Positions 29,356 to 33,798 of a stretch of DNA of 33,798 nt are shown here, piece after piece. This stretch comes from Macrostomum lignano (taxonomy: Eukaryota). Made by a program: the position numbers and the translations under genes. Within the stretch, counting starts at the first letter, position 1. Each line of letters starts with the position of its first letter. The DNA is taken from the NCBI GenBank assembly GCA_002269645.1, contig NIVC01000711.1, positions 1 to 33,798 of the forward strand. The letters are read 5' to 3'. The notes beneath the pieces were generated by a model, which was given only the letters and a program-made list of their open reading frames with translations, was not told the origin of the DNA and did not search any database.

Positions 29356-30638
29356 CTAGGATGGAAAATCTAGCAGAATCTCCCTGTGCTTGGTGACCTC
29401 AATCAGTGAGTCATACAGGCACATAACAATCAGAGATACAGGCTCCTCCAGGGCCTGTCGGAAGCGAATCTCCAGCCGCAAATTGCCCTCCTTCTGTCCG
29501 TACCACAGGGCCGCTCCCTCAGGCGTGAGATCGAATGCGAAAGCTGTGTTGCCGTTGGAGAACAACTGGTAGGGGACCCACGGAACCGAGTTGGTAGGGC
29601 TGGCTGACTGACAGCTTTTCAGGTAGTGCAAGTACTCTCTCACGAATGAATTATTCTCAGGTGCAAATGCAGCGTGGCACATGGCTTCACCACCTTTCTT
29701 TAGTGCTAGCTGGCTGAGGTTGAAGCTCTGGAACTCGAAAGGGCTGGAATGGTGATGGCCATTGAAGGCTCGGTGGTTCACGAAGACCAGCATAACGAAC
29801 TTCGGCAGTTTGCCATGGGTGAATCCTTCAATGTTTTTTGACTGAATTCCCTGGGGTAGAATAAAGTTTTGCATTTCGGTTCGCTCGATGGGGTAGAGTG
29901 CGTTCTGATTGGTCAGTCCCTGTTCATGCGCCAGGCTGATGTGAGGCGCCACTTTGACTCGGCGCAGGTTCAGAATGCAGTGGGAGATTTCCATTCGGTA
30001 GGCTGTGTTGTTATCATCTGGGGTTCGAATGGCGAATGCAGCATCACTGGGCATCAGCTTGATGTGCAGGTGTAAATTGTTCAGCAGCAGAACAGGACAC
30101 TGGAAGATGTCGCTGAGCAGCGGTCCCGCATACTCCACCCAGCGGGACTCCCTGTGTCTCTCGGCATGCCCCTCAGCAGCAGTTTCGGGTTCCAGGAATC
30201 CGGCGGGGTAGAACTTTAACTGCTGAGCATCGGATGAGCCATGAGAGCTTTTAGGTAGGCATGGTAGGGGTAGAGCTGGTCTCCGCCTGATACAATGCGC
30301 TGGTTGATGCTCACGATTACATCTGAGAATGCCGTAGACAGGACAAAGTTTTCTGGGTGCACCCCACTGTCTCTGCGCTCAGTGACAACTCCATCGGCAT
30401 TTCGAACCTCCTCCCTCATCAAAGCCCCGCCAAGCCGGACTAGGCGACAGCGAATATACAGGAATGAGCTCAGCAGATCAGTGTACTCATCAGCCGATGG
30501 ATGACAGTCGAATTCAATAGGTGAGTTAGTAGCAATAGAGTTCACGGGGTGAATATCAACATATGTGGATTTTTCAATGGCAGTCTGCAGCATGGGGGAC
30601 TTGAACAAATCGAGTCTCGGGTTGAATCCGTAAGCCAT
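29356..30638 (-). CDS. Major capsid protein (double jelly-roll), one frameshift at about 30235-30245
   Basis: LDLF...QTAIEKSTY...HP, PIEF, EYTDL, F...V.VSIN...YPY.AY, GPL.SDIFQ...LLN, G.LPK..., FNG....PFEF, YQLFSNGNTAFAFDLTP, GNLRLEIRF..AL...V. Confidence 0.9.
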
Positions 30639-30640
30639 TG

Positions 30641-31051
30641 CTATGAGAGCGAGTCCAGAACACGTTTCACAGTCTTTTTGCTCACTTTTTGCTTTCCTTT
30701 GCCTGTTTTCTTGCTTTGAGTTTTAGACCTCCCTTTCTTAGGTTTATTTCGCCCTGACTGGCTTCTTTTCGGTGATTTCTCCGTCTTACTCTTTTTCTTC
30801 TTTTTTGTCTGCTTCTTACTGCCCTGTTTGACTAGTCGCTGCTTTGGTCTGTTTCTATTGCTTCTGCTGTTGCTGCTGCTACCGCTGGCGGTGGTATGGG
30901 CTGGCTTTGATAGCGATATTGACTTTGTGGAAGCTTCTGGAGGAGGCTGGTAAGTCATGATTCCTGGAAAACTCCCACAGCCATAGAGCGCCGGCTTTTG
31001 GCTTCCTGCCAGAGTCCCTGAATACTGACGAATCAGCTGTTGGTAGTTCAT
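30641..31051 (-). CDS. Lys/Arg/Ser-rich basic protein, putative DNA-condensing core protein
   Basis: Sits between the minor and major capsid genes and has a strongly basic C-terminal half. Its ATG overlaps the upstream TGA (ATGA). Confidence 0.65.
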   Translation of the reverse strand: MNYQQLIRQYSGTLAGSQKPALYGCGSFPGIMTYQPPPEASTKSISLSKPAHTTASGSSSNSRSNRNRPKQRLVKQGSKKQTKKKKKSKTEKSPKRSQSGRNKPKKGRSKTQSKKTGKGKQKVSKKTVKRVLDSLS

Positions 31052-31874
31052 TGTATTAGCCTTTCCCGAATATGAACTGTGAGCAGAACAGGGCTGCTGC
31101 TCCGAGCAGTCAGTGAGTAGCCAAAGATGTCACGCAGTTGAAATCTAATGCCATGTAGAAAATTAGCTTTCTGAATCGGGAAGAAAATTGCTTTCTTAAA
31201 CACTTTGCTCATGTAGCTGCCCCATTCGACATCGGATGACATGCTCACAGTTCGCAGCACGGAGTTCCAGTTACAGTTTGTTCGCTCCACAATGCTGCAG
31301 TGCAAGTTGATCAGGTTGGTGGGCGGACAACCGATGCAGCAGAGTGACACTTGCCGTCCGGGTGGGATCTTCACAGGCTGGTTTCCGAATCCCAGCCACT
31401 GCAGAATTTTACTTGATGGAAGGAACAATTCTGCTCGAGCCGTGTTGTTGAGCACTACTGTTCTCAACTCTTGGATTTCAAACTTTATGCCAATATCTCT
31501 AGCGCTGCTCCGCCCCATTAAACCGGACTCATCAGCTTCCATTTCAGACTCCCTTTCGCTCATTGCATCGAAGAACAGTGACTCAGAGTTGGCCAGCAGC
31601 TCATTCAGGCGTTCACCAGTTCCTCCACTCTAGCAAAGCGTCCGGGTTGAAGAACCAGGGCCTCATGCTCTCTTCCATCTGAGACAGTGAAGCAGTAAGG
31701 CTCGTCAACATTGAACCATGCAGCAGGCAGATGGATTTCAGCCAGACCTGCCTCATAGTCCACATTTCGATCCAAGTAAATAGATGAAGGCAGGTGAAAA
31801 TGAAAGTCACTAGGAGTACCTTCAGCATTTTCGCTACAAATGATGATGCTTCTCATAGTTGGGAATGGCTGCAC
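31048..31874 (-). CDS. Minor capsid (penton-like, single jelly-roll) protein, frameshift at about 31612
   Basis: SDFHFHLPSSIYL...YEAGLAEIHLPAAWFNV at the N-terminus and INLHCSIVE...VLRTV...FFPI...I...LRD..G at the C-terminus. Adding one G restores VEELVERLNELL. Confidence 0.82.
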
Positions 31875-31886
31875 AATGTCGGTATC

Positions 31887-32953
31887 TTACACTTTTCTTA
31901 AGTCCTTCTCATCCACCCAGTCAGTGGACTTGTAGCCGGCCCACTTGACGAGATATCGGATCTTACCCTTCCGCTTCTCAGTCTTCAGAACCTTCTCGAT
32001 TACATACAGCCGCTGCGAGTCCGGAACAGCTTGCAGCTCATGCTCGTGGAAGAGGCCTCTTATGTCTTCCCCCTTCATGTCTCGAATCCTGTACATGTAG
32101 GGATAATGCTTTGGTGCCCTAGACACTATGGTGTACACCTCTTCGCTCCAGTTCGCCTTGTATCCCTTCCTGAAGAGTCTGGGTGCATTGGAAATCCGCA
32201 CTGATTGGTTTTCACAGAACTTCGGTTTTCTCAGTTTCTCAACTGTCTCAATCGCTTTCCCATCATAAAGGTTCATCCACACTTCAGTCTCGTTTGCTTT
32301 GCTGACATTCATTGGTGTAGTCTTGATGCTTCTGTGGAAAGTATTGTTATAGGACTTGACCAGTTTAGGCAGCACATCAAGCCATTGTAGAGTGCTGTTG
32401 TGAGTAAAGTAACGCCACATCTTGCTTTTTAAAGTTCGATTCCATCTTTCAATTATGGCTGCTTTGTGCACACTGCTAGTTGGAAACGCCAGAATCCCCC
32501 GGTCTATGCAGAACTGGCGAAAAATTGCGTTGACAAACTCCTTTCCCTGATCTGTGCGGACAGTGCGCGGCTGCCGCTTTGAGCTCTTCAGCATGCTCTC
32601 AAACGCAGATTTCACTTCTGCCGCGCTCTTAGACTTCAGTGCTCTGGCCATTGCAAATTTAGACAAAACATCAATGCAGGTGAGAATGTATTTATGCCCG
32701 CGATTATACTTTGCAAATGGAATCATTTCCACCAGATCCATCTCCCACTGATCATCAATGGTCTCACTATTATTGGCGCCCTTGGAAATCGTACTCTAGC
32801 TGGCTTATGCAGAGTGTGTACTGGCTGCTGACTTAGCCACTGCTCAATGCTCTTGACTCCAATATGCTCGCCTCTTTTTCGCAGTTCAGGTTGCAGTTTT
32901 GAAGAACTGCAATAGCTCGCAGGCTGATTTGGGTTGAAATAAATTTTTTCCAT
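31887..32953 (-). CDS. Retroviral-type (RVE) integrase with C-terminal chromodomain, frameshift at about 32760
   Basis: YFNP..PASY, W.MDLVEM, ILTCIDVLSK, TDQGKEF, IERWNRTLK, YN...H.SIK..P, F.KGY..NWS.E and YLVKWAGY. Adding one C restores IIVRPIDDQWEMDL. Confidence 0.93.
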
Positions 32954-33116
32954 TTTCGGAAACAAAGAAACATTTTTATTTTTAGGTTTTCTTAAGACAT
33001 TGAAAATGCATAGCGCATGTGAAAGCAAGCATATATTTTTTTTCAAAGAGATGGAAAGCAGGTCTGGATAAATAGCTCGTAGCACAGAGTTTGTCTCAAT
33101 GTCAGAGGGTCTGCAA

Positions 33117-33798
33117 TCAGTCGAAGCACGGCCTGGGCAGCTTCATGGCATCCAATCTGCGCAGAGCGAATGGCGGCTGCTTGCGTTTCCTGGCGTTCTC
33201 AGCGGCGGCTGCTTGAGCTCGGAACTGGTACCAGACTGGGTCCTCTTGCAGATCAGTGTCCTGCCGAGGAATCGCTCCAGCTGCTGGCTTGGTCAGTTGC
33301 AGAGGCGTTGAAGTGGCAAACGCTGTGTCGATTTGCAGATTGGATGGCATGCCAGCCTCGCCAGCAGCAGCAGCAGCATCGTCCTCCGCCTTCACTACCG
33401 GCTTGGTCTCTTCCGCGTTTTCGCCAGCATCGTCTTCATTTTCGATGCTGTCGGAGGAAGATCCCGACTCCAGCTCGTATGCATCGGAAATCTCACGTGG
33501 AGCCGATAGCTGCTCGTCGATCCAATCCGCGTACTGCCACAGCTTTCGCCACAGCGGCGGTGTCAGCGGCACGGTGTTCCGCTTAAGAAACTCGTCGCAG
33601 CAGTCCTCCGGCAATCGCTTTAACCAGATAATGCCGTTTTTCACTTCGATGAACTTATCGAAGCCGAGTTTGACAACCTTTGGCTGTTTGTCCAAGGCCG
33701 CCTTGACAAGTGATCGCTTCAACTCCTTGAGCTTCTCCCACTGACGGATGTTCAAATTGAAGCCGGGACTCCAGGTTTCAAACTCGCAGTGCTGCCTG
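33117..33798 (-). CDS. Hypothetical Polinton protein with an acidic low-complexity middle; frame runs off the window end
   Basis: The frame is open to position 33798. No recognisable family. Confidence 0.55.
   Translation of the reverse strand, partial: RQHCEFETWSPGFNLNIRQWEKLKELKRSLVKAALDKQPKVVKLGFDKFIEVKNGIIWLKRLPEDCCDEFLKRNTVPLTPPLWRKLWQYADWIDEQLSAPREISDAYELESGSSSDSIENEDDAGENAEETKPVVKAEDDAAAAAGEAGMPSNLQIDTAFATSTPLQLTKPAAGAIPRQDTDLQEDPVWYQFRAQAAAAENARKRKQPPFALRRLDAMKLPRPCFD

Larger units (their letters stand above)
13306..33798. mobile_element. Polinton/Maverick (adintovirus-like) element, left part; the right end lies beyond the window
   Basis: Begins with AGTAGT, the typical Polinton terminus. 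Carries pPolB, RVE integrase, packaging ATPase, adenain-type protease and minor and major capsid genes. The left boundary rests only on the terminal motif because the second TIR is not in the window. Confidence 0.92.

Overview
Eukaryotic (animal, probably invertebrate) genomic DNA with spliceosomal introns. The GC-rich exons and minisatellite-filled introns suggest a flatworm such as Macrostomum, but that is only a guess. Bases 1-5.3 kb hold the 3' exons of a SON-like gene (G-patch + dsRBD) and a second, divergent SON-like exon set in tandem. Bases 6.5-12.3 kb hold the last four exons of OXCT1/SCOT on the minus strand, with a decayed Ty3/Gypsy element in one intron. Upstream in the next OXCT1 intron lie a deleted mariner element and, from about 13306 to the window end, the left ~20 kb of a Polinton/Maverick (adintovirus-like) element. 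It carries pPolB, integrase, minor and major capsid, protease, packaging ATPase and a basic core-like protein. Unusually, it also encodes a TATA-binding-protein (TBP) homologue and a zinc-finger gene with activator-like tracts. That zinc-finger gene is split by a 5.1 kb Ingi-like LINE carrying a 5' HDV-like ribozyme, a 2A ribosome-skipping motif, five PHD fingers, APE, RT and RNase H. Many ORFs in the supplied track are artefacts of tandem repeats or antisense frames. All calls come from reading the sequence and recalled family motifs; no searches were run.
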